Shown: one piece after another, positions 1 through 9,016 of the stretch
Numbering within the stretch: the first letter of the stretch is position 1
Layout: each line of letters opens with the position of its first letter
Assembly: GCA_017450205.1 (NCBI GenBank)
Contig: JAFSVF010000001.1
Coordinates: 75,189 to 139,188 of the forward strand
Direction of reading: 5' to 3'
DNA length: 64,000 nt
DNA from: Bacilli bacterium
GTDB taxonomy: Bacteria > Bacillota_I > Bacilli_A > RF39 > UBA660
Program-made: the position numbers and the translations under genes
Notes under the pieces: generated by a model
What the model was told of the DNA's origin: nothing
Seen by the model: only the letters and a program-made list of their open reading frames with translations
Database searches by the model: none

Positions 1-481
1 TCAAGTCGAAGAAAAACATGAAGTAAATAAAGAAGATCCATTCAACATGAATGCAACTCCAGTAGAAACATCACAAAATGTTGAAAATAATGAAAATAAT
101 GTTGAAAACTCTAATGATGTTAACAAAGCAATTGAAACATTAGATGAGTTATCAACACCTGCACCACAAGTTGACACATCAATTTTAGATAACAAAACGT
201 TAGAAGCACCTGCTGCTCCTGTAGTACAAGCAGAGCCTGTTGCAACTACTGAACAAGTGACACAACAACCACAAGTTGCTCCACAAAATGTTGTTACAGA
301 CTTACAAAATAATATAATTCAAACTATTGCATCTATGCCTGTTAAACCTGATGTAAGTCATGAAGTTGTAGAACCACCACAACAAGTTCAACCACAAGTA
401 CAAGAACCTGTACTTGAGAATTTACCAAAACCTGTTGTTAATGGATTTATGCAATCACCTCCTAGTGATGCTGTAGTTTAA
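1..481 (+). CDS. C-terminal part of a Pro/Gln/Val-rich low-complexity protein (5' end lies outside the window)
   Basis: Frame 2 is open from base 2 to the stop at 479-481. The product is PQV-rich and compositionally like the linkers of the 6274 and 7206 proteins. No catalytic motif seen. Confidence 0.4.
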   Translation, partial: QVEEKHEVNKEDPFNMNATPVETSQNVENNENNVENSNDVNKAIETLDELSTPAPQVDTSILDNKTLEAPAAPVVQAEPVATTEQVTQQPQVAPQNVVTDLQNNIIQTIASMPVKPDVSHEVVEPPQQVQPQVQEPVLENLPKPVVNGFMQSPPSDAVV

Positions 482-497
482 AAGAAAGGAGATATTT

Positions 498-1415
498 ATG
501 GATTATTCAGTTGAATTAACTCTGATAGCTTTAATCATAATATTTGTATGGGGTTACAGAGCAAGTAAAAATTCCGGTACTGGTGAAAGTGTATCAAAGT
601 TCTTATTTAACGGTTTTCAAAATATATATAATAAATATGCTCCTTATAGTTATCAAGAAGTACAAACAAAAGCTAAAGAATTAGGTTATGAATATACTAC
701 TCGTGAATACGCTGAACAAGTACTTTTATTTGGAGGAGGTGCAGTTGGAATTACTTATATGTACTTTTATAACATTCCAATTGCTCTTATCTATGGTTTT
801 ATAGCAACTATGGGTGTTCCATATTTAAAATATTTAAAAACAAATAAATTGTATTCGGAATACTTATTTGAATGTATTCAAGTTTATTGTACAAACGTAA
901 TTAATGAATTTACCACAACACAATCATTTGTTAAAGCACTTGAAGGTGTTAGAGATTCTGGTATCTTAGAAGAACCAGTATATACAGATGTATGTAAGAT
1001 GATAGATCAATCTTATGCTAATGGTACTATTGATGAAGCATTAGAGTGGTTCACTCAAAAATATCCATATTATATCGTTAAAAATATGCACCAATTATTT
1101 AATCAAATAACAAAAGAAGGTGCTAAAGATTCTGGTCAATCACTAGAAAACATGATGCTAGATATCGACCTTCTAGTTGAAGGTGTATATAGAGATAAAA
1201 TGGATAGAGATGTATCTCATAAGAAGTTTATTGGATTTGGATTAGCATTATACTTCTTAATTATATTAGTACAAATGTTAATAAACCTAGATACATATAA
1301 ACAAATGCTTAACGATTTTATTACTCAATTCTTACTTCATGCTGTAATTTTTATTAATACTTATTTCATTATAAGTGGTGAAAAATTCTATAATGAAGAT
1401 ACGGGGGTTGAATAA
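498..1415 (+). CDS. TadB-like type II secretion system F-domain membrane protein
   Basis: SD AAGGAG upstream. TM helices flank a soluble helical domain, as in T2SSF/TadB proteins. It is paired with a second, similar gene. Confidence 0.5.
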   Translation: MDYSVELTLIALIIIFVWGYRASKNSGTGESVSKFLFNGFQNIYNKYAPYSYQEVQTKAKELGYEYTTREYAEQVLLFGGGAVGITYMYFYNIPIALIYGFIATMGVPYLKYLKTNKLYSEYLFECIQVYCTNVINEFTTTQSFVKALEGVRDSGILEEPVYTDVCKMIDQSYANGTIDEALEWFTQKYPYYIVKNMHQLFNQITKEGAKDSGQSLENMMLDIDLLVEGVYRDKMDRDVSHKKFIGFGLALYFLIILVQMLINLDTYKQMLNDFITQFLLHAVIFINTYFIISGEKFYNEDTGVE

Positions 1416-1416
1416 T

Positions 1417-2226
1417 ATGTCTATAGCTACTAATATTTATTATGAAATTGTAATAATAGCATTTATAATCATATATGTACTTCAATATATTGGTGGATTT
1501 AGTATTAATAAATTCGTAGATGATAATGCTAGTTATTTTAGAAAGTTAAAAGAAAAAGATTTTGAATTCTATTTAAAAGCTAGACATGGTGATGCTGTAG
1601 ATATTGATGTATACTTTAATTCACGTTTAAAAAATGCTTTAATATATGCATTTGCAGTTATGCTATTTACTTTAAATAATTTCAATTATATGGCATTACT
1701 TGTTATGCTTGGTGCCTTTATTTTCGGATATAAAATGCCTTATTGGCAATTAAGATCTTATTATAAAAGCCACTTACATTTAATTGATACTCAATTACCA
1801 TATTATTTAAAAAATCTAGAAATCTTAATTCAACATTATACAGTTCCGGTTGCACTTGGTAAATCACTTGGAGATGCTCCAGAAATTTTCCAAGATGGAT
1901 TACATGACTTAGTTGAAAAGATTAATGCTGGTGATTCAAGTATCCAACCATATATGGATTTTGCTAAAGAGTATCCAGTAAGAGATTCAATGAGAATGAT
2001 GAGACTTCTTTATCGTTTAGGTTTAGGTAAACAAGAAAGAAAACAAGAACAATTACTTACATTCTCAAGAGATGTTTCAGCATTACAACAAAAAGCAAGA
2101 GAAGCTCGTTATAAAGCAAGACTTGATAAAATGGAATCTCAAACAATGAAGATGCTTGTTTGTACAGGTGGAGGAGTAATGGTTATTCTTGTACTTGCAA
2201 TCATGCAAACATTCACAGGATTTTAA
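1417..2226 (+). CDS. TadC-like type II secretion system F-domain membrane protein
   Basis: I chose the ATG at 1417 (GGGGG SD, 1 nt after the upstream stop) over 1375. N-terminal TM helices, a central soluble domain and a C-terminal TM match TadC/T2SSF architecture. Confidence 0.5.
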   Translation: MSIATNIYYEIVIIAFIIIYVLQYIGGFSINKFVDDNASYFRKLKEKDFEFYLKARHGDAVDIDVYFNSRLKNALIYAFAVMLFTLNNFNYMALLVMLGAFIFGYKMPYWQLRSYYKSHLHLIDTQLPYYLKNLEILIQHYTVPVALGKSLGDAPEIFQDGLHDLVEKINAGDSSIQPYMDFAKEYPVRDSMRMMRLLYRLGLGKQERKQEQLLTFSRDVSALQQKAREARYKARLDKMESQTMKMLVCTGGGVMVILVLAIMQTFTGF

Positions 2227-2251
2227 GATTGGTTTTACCAATCTTTTTTTT
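2225..2251 (+). terminator. Rho-independent terminator after the Tad-like genes
   Basis: AAGATTGGT / ACCAATCTT stem with a TTT loop, followed by a T-run. Confidence 0.7.
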
Positions 2252-2333
2252 AACTTTTAAGATTATTTTTCTTAAAAACTTTAAAATTATTTATATTTAG
2301 TTTATAATACATACTGAAAAAGGAGGAATTAGC

Positions 2334-3530
2334 ATGAATAGAGAAGACTTTCCAATATTAAAGAGTAATCCTAATTTAATTTATTTCGATAATGGAGCAA
2401 CTACTTTAAAACCAAAATGTATGATTGATAGAACAAAAGAATATTATGAATTATATTCTGCAAATGCCCATAGAGGAGACTATGGTATTAGCTTAAAAGT
2501 AGATATGGCATTTGAAGGTGTAAGAGAGTCTACTGCTAAATTTATTAATGCAGAAAAGAATGAAATAATTTTTACATCAGGATCAACAGAAAGTTTAAAT
2601 TTAATTGCATTCGGATACTTTAAAAATAGATTAAACTCTAATGATGAAATACTTATTAGTTATGCTGAACATGCAAGTAATGTTCTTCCTTGGTTTAGAA
2701 TTCAATCTGAAATCGGATGTAAAGTAAACTTTATTCCGTTAGATAATTCAGAACATATTACATTAGAAAATGTAAAAAAATCTATAACTGAAAATACTAA
2801 AGTAATTAGTCTTGCTCATATTACAAATGTTATTGGTGATATTAGACCAATTAAAGAAATAGTTGAATATGCTCATTCTAAAAATATTTTAGTAGTAGTA
2901 GATGGAGCTCAAAGTGTTCCTCATATAAAAACTGATGTTAAAGATTTAGATATAGACTTTCTTGCATTTAGTGCTCATAAAATGATGGGACCAACAGGAG
3001 TAGGTGTTCTTTATGGTAAATATAATTTACTAAAAGGAATGGTTCCTTTAATGTATGGTGGTGGAATGAATGAAAGATTTGATTCACCTGAATGTGTAGA
3101 ATTAAAAGATGTTCCAACTAGATTTGAAGCAGGAACTCCTAATATTGCTGGTGTAATTGGCTTTGGAGCAGTATTAGATTATATTAATTCAATTGGAATA
3201 GATAATATTTATAAACATGAAGTAGAACTTAAGGATTATATGATTGAAAAATTAAAAGAAATATCTCATGTAAATATTATTAGTAATAGTGATTCAGGAA
3301 TAGTTACATTTAATGTAGAAGGAATATTTCCTCAAGATGTAGCAGTTTACTTAGATAAATATAATATTTGTGTAAGAGCAGGTAACCACTGTGCAAAAAT
3401 ATTAAAGAATGAAACTAAAGTAAATAATACAGTAAGAGCATCTCTATATATGTATAATACAAAAGAAGAAATAGATAAATTTGTTGATTTATTAAGAGAT
3501 AAAGATAAAATAATTAGGGAGATGATTTAA
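2334..3530 (+). CDS. sufS: Cysteine desulfurase SufS (class V aminotransferase)
   Basis: PLP-lysine motif SAHKMMGPTG and active-site RAGNHCA near the C-terminus. Its stop overlaps the start of a SufU-like gene. Confidence 0.85.
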   Translation: MNREDFPILKSNPNLIYFDNGATTLKPKCMIDRTKEYYELYSANAHRGDYGISLKVDMAFEGVRESTAKFINAEKNEIIFTSGSTESLNLIAFGYFKNRLNSNDEILISYAEHASNVLPWFRIQSEIGCKVNFIPLDNSEHITLENVKKSITENTKVISLAHITNVIGDIRPIKEIVEYAHSKNILVVVDGAQSVPHIKTDVKDLDIDFLAFSAHKMMGPTGVGVLYGKYNLLKGMVPLMYGGGMNERFDSPECVELKDVPTRFEAGTPNIAGVIGFGAVLDYINSIGIDNIYKHEVELKDYMIEKLKEISHVNIISNSDSGIVTFNVEGIFPQDVAVYLDKYNICVRAGNHCAKILKNETKVNNTVRASLYMYNTKEEIDKFVDLLRDKDKIIREMI

Positions 3531-3964
3531 TGAATAGTTTAACTAAAAGAGAAATAATCTTAGATAATTATTCAAATCCTTTTAATAAAGTAGCTGAAGA
3601 AGTTCCTGGATATATTAAAGAAAACTCAAGAAACGAATCATGTATAGACAATATAGATTTATATATTGATATTAAAGATAATATTATTAAAGATATTAAG
3701 TTTAGTGGGGAAGCATGTGCAATAAGCACTGCATCTACTTCAATTATGATTAAAAATTTAATTGGTAAATCAATTGAAGAAGCACTTAACTATATGACTG
3801 AATTTGATAATATGTTAGAAGAAAAAGAATATAATTCAGATATAGTAGGAGAAGCAAAAGTATTCGATGAAACTTATAAACAAATTAATAGAAGAACTTG
3901 TGTAATTCTTCCATATAAAGGAATTAAGAGAGCACTAAAAGAATACTTGACTAAGAATAATTAA
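3530..3964 (+). CDS. sufU: Fe-S cluster assembly sulfur-acceptor SufU/IscU-like
   Basis: NifU/SufU motifs NPFN, CID and GEACAISTASTS. Translationally coupled to sufS. Confidence 0.8.
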   Translation: MNSLTKREIILDNYSNPFNKVAEEVPGYIKENSRNESCIDNIDLYIDIKDNIIKDIKFSGEACAISTASTSIMIKNLIGKSIEEALNYMTEFDNMLEEKEYNSDIVGEAKVFDETYKQINRRTCVILPYKGIKRALKEYLTKNN

Positions 3965-3989
3965 TTATATATAATTTTACGTATAAAGC

Positions 3990-4191
3990 GATTATATAGG
4001 ACTAGTAATAAATGAAAGTCGTTTAGAGAAAGCTTGGTTGGTGAAAAAGCTAAGATGGAAATTTATGAATCTACCTATTAGTGATATAAAAGTATCCGGA
4101 TAAACCCGTTAAAGTTAATTAAGTTAAATAAAGAGATGGCACCGTGCACTATGCACTTTCTTATGTGTTATCTCTTTTTTATTTTTTTTTT
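3990..4191 (+). promoter_or_regulatory. T-box riboswitch leader, predicted Ser (UCU) specifier
   Basis: Stem I base ATAGG (3996-4000) pairs with CCTAT (4074-4078). AGTA is on the 5' side and GAA-UCU-A at 4067-4073. Distal motifs are AGAGA (4025-4029) and GGTTGGTG (4036-4043). The T-box core AGAGATGGCACCGTGC is at 4132-4147. A terminator arm and long T-run end near 4191. Confidence 0.8.
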
Positions 4192-4201
4192 GGAGGTGTT
4201 T

Positions 4202-4921
4202 ATGAATCAAGTTAGAGTTGGAGTTGCAGTAATTATTAGAGATGGTAATAAGATTCTTTTAGGTCATAGATGTAAAGATAAAAAAGACACTGGTGGAATT
4301 ATTGGTAGAAATACTTGGACATTACCTGGTGGTAAACAAGAATTTGATGAAACTATTTATGATTGTGCAATCAGAGAAACAAAAGAAGAATGTAATTTAG
4401 ATGTTAAAGATGTTCAAATACTTACAGCTTGTGATGATATTGATGTGGATAGACACTTTGTTACTATTACTACAATTGCTAATGTTTATTCTGGTGATAT
4501 AAAAGTAATGGAACCTGAAAAAGAAGATGAATGGAAATGGTTTGATATAAACGATTTACCAAGTAATTTATATCCACCATCCGAAAATAGTTTAATTAAA
4601 TATAAGGAGTATTTATTTATGAAACAAATTTTCGAAAGAGGAGACATAGTTCAACATTTTAAAAGAGAAACTGTCTCGGAAGAAGAATTAAAAACTAATC
4701 CAAATAAATATTTATATGAAATAATAGGTACTGCAAGACATACAGAAAATGGTGAAGAAATGATGATTTATAAACCATTATATGAAACTGAATGTGTAGA
4801 GGGTGTTGATTATACTGCAAGACCTTTAGACATGTTTAATTCAGAAGTCGACCACGAAAAGTATCCTAAAATTAAACAAAAAATGAGATTTGAAATTTAT
4901 AAAAAGAAAGGTGATAAATAA
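4202..4921 (+). CDS. NUDIX hydrolase fused to a DUF1653-like C-terminal domain
   Basis: Start moved to the ATG at 4202 (GGAGGTG SD), because the 4136 start lies inside the T-box terminator. Nudix box GGKQEFDETIYDCAIRETKEEC. The C-terminal half (GDIVQHFKRE..YLYEIIGTARHTENGEEMMIYKPLY..ARPLDMF) resembles DUF1653. Confidence 0.7.
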   Translation: MNQVRVGVAVIIRDGNKILLGHRCKDKKDTGGIIGRNTWTLPGGKQEFDETIYDCAIRETKEECNLDVKDVQILTACDDIDVDRHFVTITTIANVYSGDIKVMEPEKEDEWKWFDINDLPSNLYPPSENSLIKYKEYLFMKQIFERGDIVQHFKRETVSEEELKTNPNKYLYEIIGTARHTENGEEMMIYKPLYETECVEGVDYTARPLDMFNSEVDHEKYPKIKQKMRFEIYKKKGDK

Positions 4922-6210
4922 TGATAGATATTAAATTAATAAGAGAAAATAGAGATTTAGTAAAAGAAAATATTAAAAAGAAATTTCAAGACGAAAAATT
5001 ACCATTAGTAGACGAAGTTTATGAAATGGATATTAAAGTTAGAGAAGCACAACTTGCTGCTGATAACTTAAAAGCTGAAAAGAATAAACTTAGTGGTGAA
5101 ATTGGAAAACTAATGAAAGATAAAAAGATTGATGAAGCAAATGAAATAAAAGCTAAGATTCAAGAAATGGCTGAAGAAATCACTAAGAATGAAAATGTAA
5201 AAGCTGAATTAGATGAAGAAATTAAAAAGAGAATGATGGTTATTCCAAACATTATTGATGAATCTGTTCCAATTGGAAAAGATGATTCAGAAAATGTTGA
5301 AGTAGAAAAATTCGGAGAACCAGTAGTACCTAACTATGAAATTCCATATCATGCTGATATTATTGCTAACTTTAATGGTTTAGATAAAGAATCAGCTGGT
5401 AGAACAAGTGGTGAAGGTTTCTATTACTTAATTGGAGACATCGCAAGACTTCATGAAGCAATGATAGCATGTGCTAGAGACTTTATGATTGATGCAGGAT
5501 TTACTTATGCAATTCCTCCATTCATGATTAGAAGTGATGTAGTTACTGGTGTTATGTCTTTTGCTGAAATGGAAGCAATGATGTATAAAATTGAAGGTGA
5601 AGATCTTTACTTAATTGGTACATCTGAACATTCAATGATTGGTAAATTCAAAGGACAAATGTTAAAGAAAGAAGAACTTCCAATTCAAATGACTTCATAC
5701 TCACCATGCTTTAGAAAAGAAGGTGGAGCTCACGGCCTAGAAGAAAGAGGACTTTATAGAGTTCATCAATTTGAAAAACAAGAAATGATTTGTTTATGCG
5801 AACCAGAGGATTCAATGAATCTTTATAACAAGATGTGGAAACTAACTGTAGATTTATTTAGAAGTTGGGATGTTCCAGTAAGACAACTTGAATGTTGTTC
5901 AGGAGATTTAGCAGACCTTAAAGTTAAATCATGTGATATTGAAGCTTGGAGTCCAAGACAACAAAAATACTTCGAAGTTGGTTCATGTTCTACTTTAGGA
6001 GATGCACAAGCAAGACGTCTTGGTATTAGAGTTAAAGGAGAAAAAGGAAACTATTATCCACATACTTTAAATAATACAGTTGTAGCAACTCCAAGAGGAT
6101 TAATTGCCCTTCTTGAAAATAACTACCAAGAAGATGGAAGAGTATTAATTCCAAAAGTATTACAACCATACATGGGTGGTAAAACTGAATTAATTCCAGT
6201 AAGAAAATAG
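4921..6210 (+). CDS. serS: Seryl-tRNA synthetase
   Basis: N-terminal coiled-coil arm plus class II core motifs (FRKEGG, RVHQFEKQE, TLNNTVVATPR). The ATG overlaps the upstream TAA by 1 nt. Confidence 0.95.
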   Translation: MIDIKLIRENRDLVKENIKKKFQDEKLPLVDEVYEMDIKVREAQLAADNLKAEKNKLSGEIGKLMKDKKIDEANEIKAKIQEMAEEITKNENVKAELDEEIKKRMMVIPNIIDESVPIGKDDSENVEVEKFGEPVVPNYEIPYHADIIANFNGLDKESAGRTSGEGFYYLIGDIARLHEAMIACARDFMIDAGFTYAIPPFMIRSDVVTGVMSFAEMEAMMYKIEGEDLYLIGTSEHSMIGKFKGQMLKKEELPIQMTSYSPCFRKEGGAHGLEERGLYRVHQFEKQEMICLCEPEDSMNLYNKMWKLTVDLFRSWDVPVRQLECCSGDLADLKVKSCDIEAWSPRQQKYFEVGSCSTLGDAQARRLGIRVKGEKGNYYPHTLNNTVVATPRGLIALLENNYQEDGRVLIPKVLQPYMGGKTELIPVRK

Positions 6211-6227
6211 ATTTTCTATTTTCTTTT
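6200..6227 (+). repeat. 28-nt direct repeat, copy 1 (TAAGAAAATAGATTTTCTATTTTCTTTT)
   Basis: Matches 13022-13049 at 27 of 28 positions; the single difference is in the hairpin loop. Confidence 0.9.
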
Positions 6228-6231
6228 TTTT
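6202..6231 (+). terminator. Rho-independent terminator of serS
   Basis: AGAAAATAGA / TCTATTTTCT stem with a TTT loop and a T-run. It overlaps the serS stop codon. Confidence 0.75.
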
Positions 6232-6273
6232 ATAGATACAATATAATTATAAATAGAATGGGAGAGATAAAAA

Positions 6274-7197
6274 ATGAAATGTTTAAAATGTGGAACAGAA
6301 AATGCAGAAGGTTCCTTATTTTGTATTAAATGTGGAGCTAATCTAAAAGATACAGAAAATGTAACTCAAGAAGCACAAGCATCAATTGAAAATAATCAAA
6401 ATGAAAGTGTACAAGAAGCTGTAATACCAGTTCAAGTAGCACCTGTACAAGAAGCTGCACCTGTTCAAGCAGCAGCACCAGTTGCTCAACAACCAGTTGT
6501 TAATACACAACAAACACAAACTAGTGTTAATACTAGTCCATTAAATTATTTAATGTTTATTATTGCTATTATCTTAAAACCATTTAAAAGTTTTAAAGAT
6601 GAAGAATCTAAATTAACTAATCCAAAAACTTCTTTAATATTTACTTTAATTATTACTGGAGCAATGACTGTTATAAATCTTATTACAACAGTATTTAATG
6701 CAGTTCATGTTAAATCATTCTTAGGAGAAACATCTTGGGTTTGGGATAATTTAAAAAATATTAAATGGTTAGAAGTTATTGGAAAGAATTTCTTAATTTA
6801 TGTTGGAGTTATTTTTGCTATTACTGTAGTATTCTATCTTGGAGGTTTAGTTGCTAAGAAACAAGTTAACTTTATTAAAACTTTATCTATTACAACTACT
6901 TCTGTAATACCTGCTGTAATTTGTTCATTTATTTTAGCTCCAATTGGAGGATTAATTTGGAGTTATTTAAGTGTATTCTTTAGTATCACAGGAATAGTTT
7001 ATTCATTAACTATTTTTACTACTTTAATTAATGAAGAATTAAAATTAACTGAAGATATGAAAGTTTATTTCTTTACTGCTTGTTTTGCAATTTTATGTTG
7101 TGGTGCTTATTTTGCAGTTATGAAATTTATTGAAAGTTATTTAACTAGTTCATTAACTAGCAGTTTCGGTAGTTTATTTAGTAGTTATTTAGGATAG
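6274..7197 (+). CDS. Zinc-ribbon-anchored polytopic membrane protein
   Basis: N-terminal CxxC-x12-CxxC ribbon (MKCLKCGTENAEGSLFCIKCGANL), an APVQ-rich linker, then several TM helices. Confidence 0.6.
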   Translation: MKCLKCGTENAEGSLFCIKCGANLKDTENVTQEAQASIENNQNESVQEAVIPVQVAPVQEAAPVQAAAPVAQQPVVNTQQTQTSVNTSPLNYLMFIIAIILKPFKSFKDEESKLTNPKTSLIFTLIITGAMTVINLITTVFNAVHVKSFLGETSWVWDNLKNIKWLEVIGKNFLIYVGVIFAITVVFYLGGLVAKKQVNFIKTLSITTTSVIPAVICSFILAPIGGLIWSYLSVFFSITGIVYSLTIFTTLINEELKLTEDMKVYFFTACFAILCCGAYFAVMKFIESYLTSSLTSSFGSLFSSYLG

Positions 7198-7205
7198 ATA
7201 GTATT

Positions 7206-8969
7206 ATGGAAGAGAATAATTTAAATAATAATGTTAATAAAGATAATAATTTAAATACAGTTGATAATACTACAAATGATCAAAATAATGTAGTTAATAA
7301 TGACTTAAGTGCTTTTCAAAATCCAACTGTAGTTAATAATTTTAATATTAAAAATAATGATGAAGGAACTCCAGTTGAAGGTGCTCCGATAGAAATGCCA
7401 GCACCAGGAACTCCAGATGTTGTCCCAGCTGAGAATCTTTCACCTGTAGTTGAACCAGTTCAAACAAATTCTGTTCAAGAACTAGTTCAAGTGGCACCTG
7501 TTCAAGAAGAAGCACCAGTTGTTCAACAACCTGTTGTTAATGATCAAACTCAAAAAAAGAGTTTAGTAGATATAATTAGAAAGAATAAAATACCATTTAT
7601 TATTGTTGGTGCTATTGTATTAGTATTAATTCTAGTTTTGGTTGGTAAGAATTTTTTCGGTAAAAGTAATGAAGATAAAATGTTAGAAGCTTTATTTAAT
7701 GAAGATGCTCCAATTCAAATTAAACAAGATGGTAAATATGGTTTTATAGATACTGATGGTAAAATTATAATTCAACCAGAATTTTCATATGCGTCAGATT
7801 TTTATGGAAATTATGCCATTGTAGGTAATAGTGAAGATGCTTACAAGAAAGATGATGCTTTTAAAATTATAGATAAAAAAGGTAATGTAAAAATGACTTC
7901 ATCATCTGTTTCTCGTATTGAATATATTCCAGAATATAGTGTATGGGTTATAGATTCTCATTTATACAATAGTAATTTATCTTTAATTACCAATGAAGAT
8001 GTAAAAGTAGAATATGAAGATTATGGTTATCTTTCATGGATAAATGATAAAGCTAAATCTGCAGGTATTATGACTACTTTTGGTGAAGTTACATATACTT
8101 ATAAATTTAATAATGATGAAACTTACCTTAGTATTAAAGTATCAGATAACGATTTATCTTTAAAATCTCGTTATTGTATTATTAATGTTGAAAATGAAAA
8201 AAATGCGGTTGTAAATTGTGATTCAGGTAAAGTTGTTGTTGATTTTACTGATAAGTATATTACTGATGAAGATGATAATATTTTTGAAATTAATGATAAA
8301 GATACTTTTGATACTGAAAAGGTTATTTATATTCAAAATGATAAAATTGCTTTAGAAATGAATGGTGATGACATAGAGTTTAGATATAATTCTAATGGTT
8401 ATATTACTATTTATGACGAATCTAAAGATTATGGAGAAAAATATTCATATTATGATTTAGCAACTGGCAAGACAAGTACTGATGAGCCATCTGGTAGTTC
8501 TTCTAGTTATTCTTCATATATTTCTGAATTTGAAGAATTCTCTAAATTGAAAAAATTTAGTTGTGATGAAGGTTATGGAATTAAGAATGGAGAGGAAATT
8601 GTAGTTCCTTGTGGGTGGAATAGTATTGATTTCTTTGATGTTTATCTTTATAAATATTTAGTTTCTAAAGATAAAAATTATTTTATTGGTTATAAAGATG
8701 ATAAAACTTATATTTATGATATAAATAAGAAAAAAGTTGTAATAGAATTAAACACTAAATATGTTAGTTCTTATAGTAGTTCTGTTTTAATTAGTTATAA
8801 AGATAAAGAAACTAATAAGACTATTATTTTAAATTTACTTACTTTAAAATCTGAATCATTTGATTCAAGTCTTGATGTAGATGTAGAAACTAATTATTTT
8901 ACTGTTACTGAAAATGGTAAAAAGAATTATTACAATTTAAGTTTTAAAAAGATTTATACAGAAGGGTAA
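7206..8969 (+). CDS. Membrane-anchored WG-repeat (KWG-like) protein with an N/PVQ-rich N-terminal region
   Basis: The APVQEEAPVVQQPVVN linker is homologous to that of the 6274 protein. One TM helix. WG-type repeat DGKYGFIDTDGKIIIQPEFSYASDFYGNYAIV. Confidence 0.55.
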   Translation: MEENNLNNNVNKDNNLNTVDNTTNDQNNVVNNDLSAFQNPTVVNNFNIKNNDEGTPVEGAPIEMPAPGTPDVVPAENLSPVVEPVQTNSVQELVQVAPVQEEAPVVQQPVVNDQTQKKSLVDIIRKNKIPFIIVGAIVLVLILVLVGKNFFGKSNEDKMLEALFNEDAPIQIKQDGKYGFIDTDGKIIIQPEFSYASDFYGNYAIVGNSEDAYKKDDAFKIIDKKGNVKMTSSSVSRIEYIPEYSVWVIDSHLYNSNLSLITNEDVKVEYEDYGYLSWINDKAKSAGIMTTFGEVTYTYKFNNDETYLSIKVSDNDLSLKSRYCIINVENEKNAVVNCDSGKVVVDFTDKYITDEDDNIFEINDKDTFDTEKVIYIQNDKIALEMNGDDIEFRYNSNGYITIYDESKDYGEKYSYYDLATGKTSTDEPSGSSSSYSSYISEFEEFSKLKKFSCDEGYGIKNGEEIVVPCGWNSIDFFDVYLYKYLVSKDKNYFIGYKDDKTYIYDINKKKVVIELNTKYVSSYSSSVLISYKDKETNKTIILNLLTLKSESFDSSLDVDVETNYFTVTENGKKNYYNLSFKKIYTEG

Positions 8970-8972
8970 TTT

Positions 8973-8999
8973 AGACAACTATTTATAGTTGTCTTTTCT
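8973..8999 (+). terminator. Rho-independent terminator
   Basis: AGACAACTA / TAGTTGTCT stem followed by a T-rich tail. Confidence 0.6.
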
Positions 9000-9016
9000 C
9001 AAGAAAGGGGTATTTT

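Noticed and set aside
4136-4201. N-terminal 22 codons of the 4136 ORF.
   Set aside because: They lie inside the T-box terminator and its T-run. The SD GGAGGTG serves the ATG at 4202.
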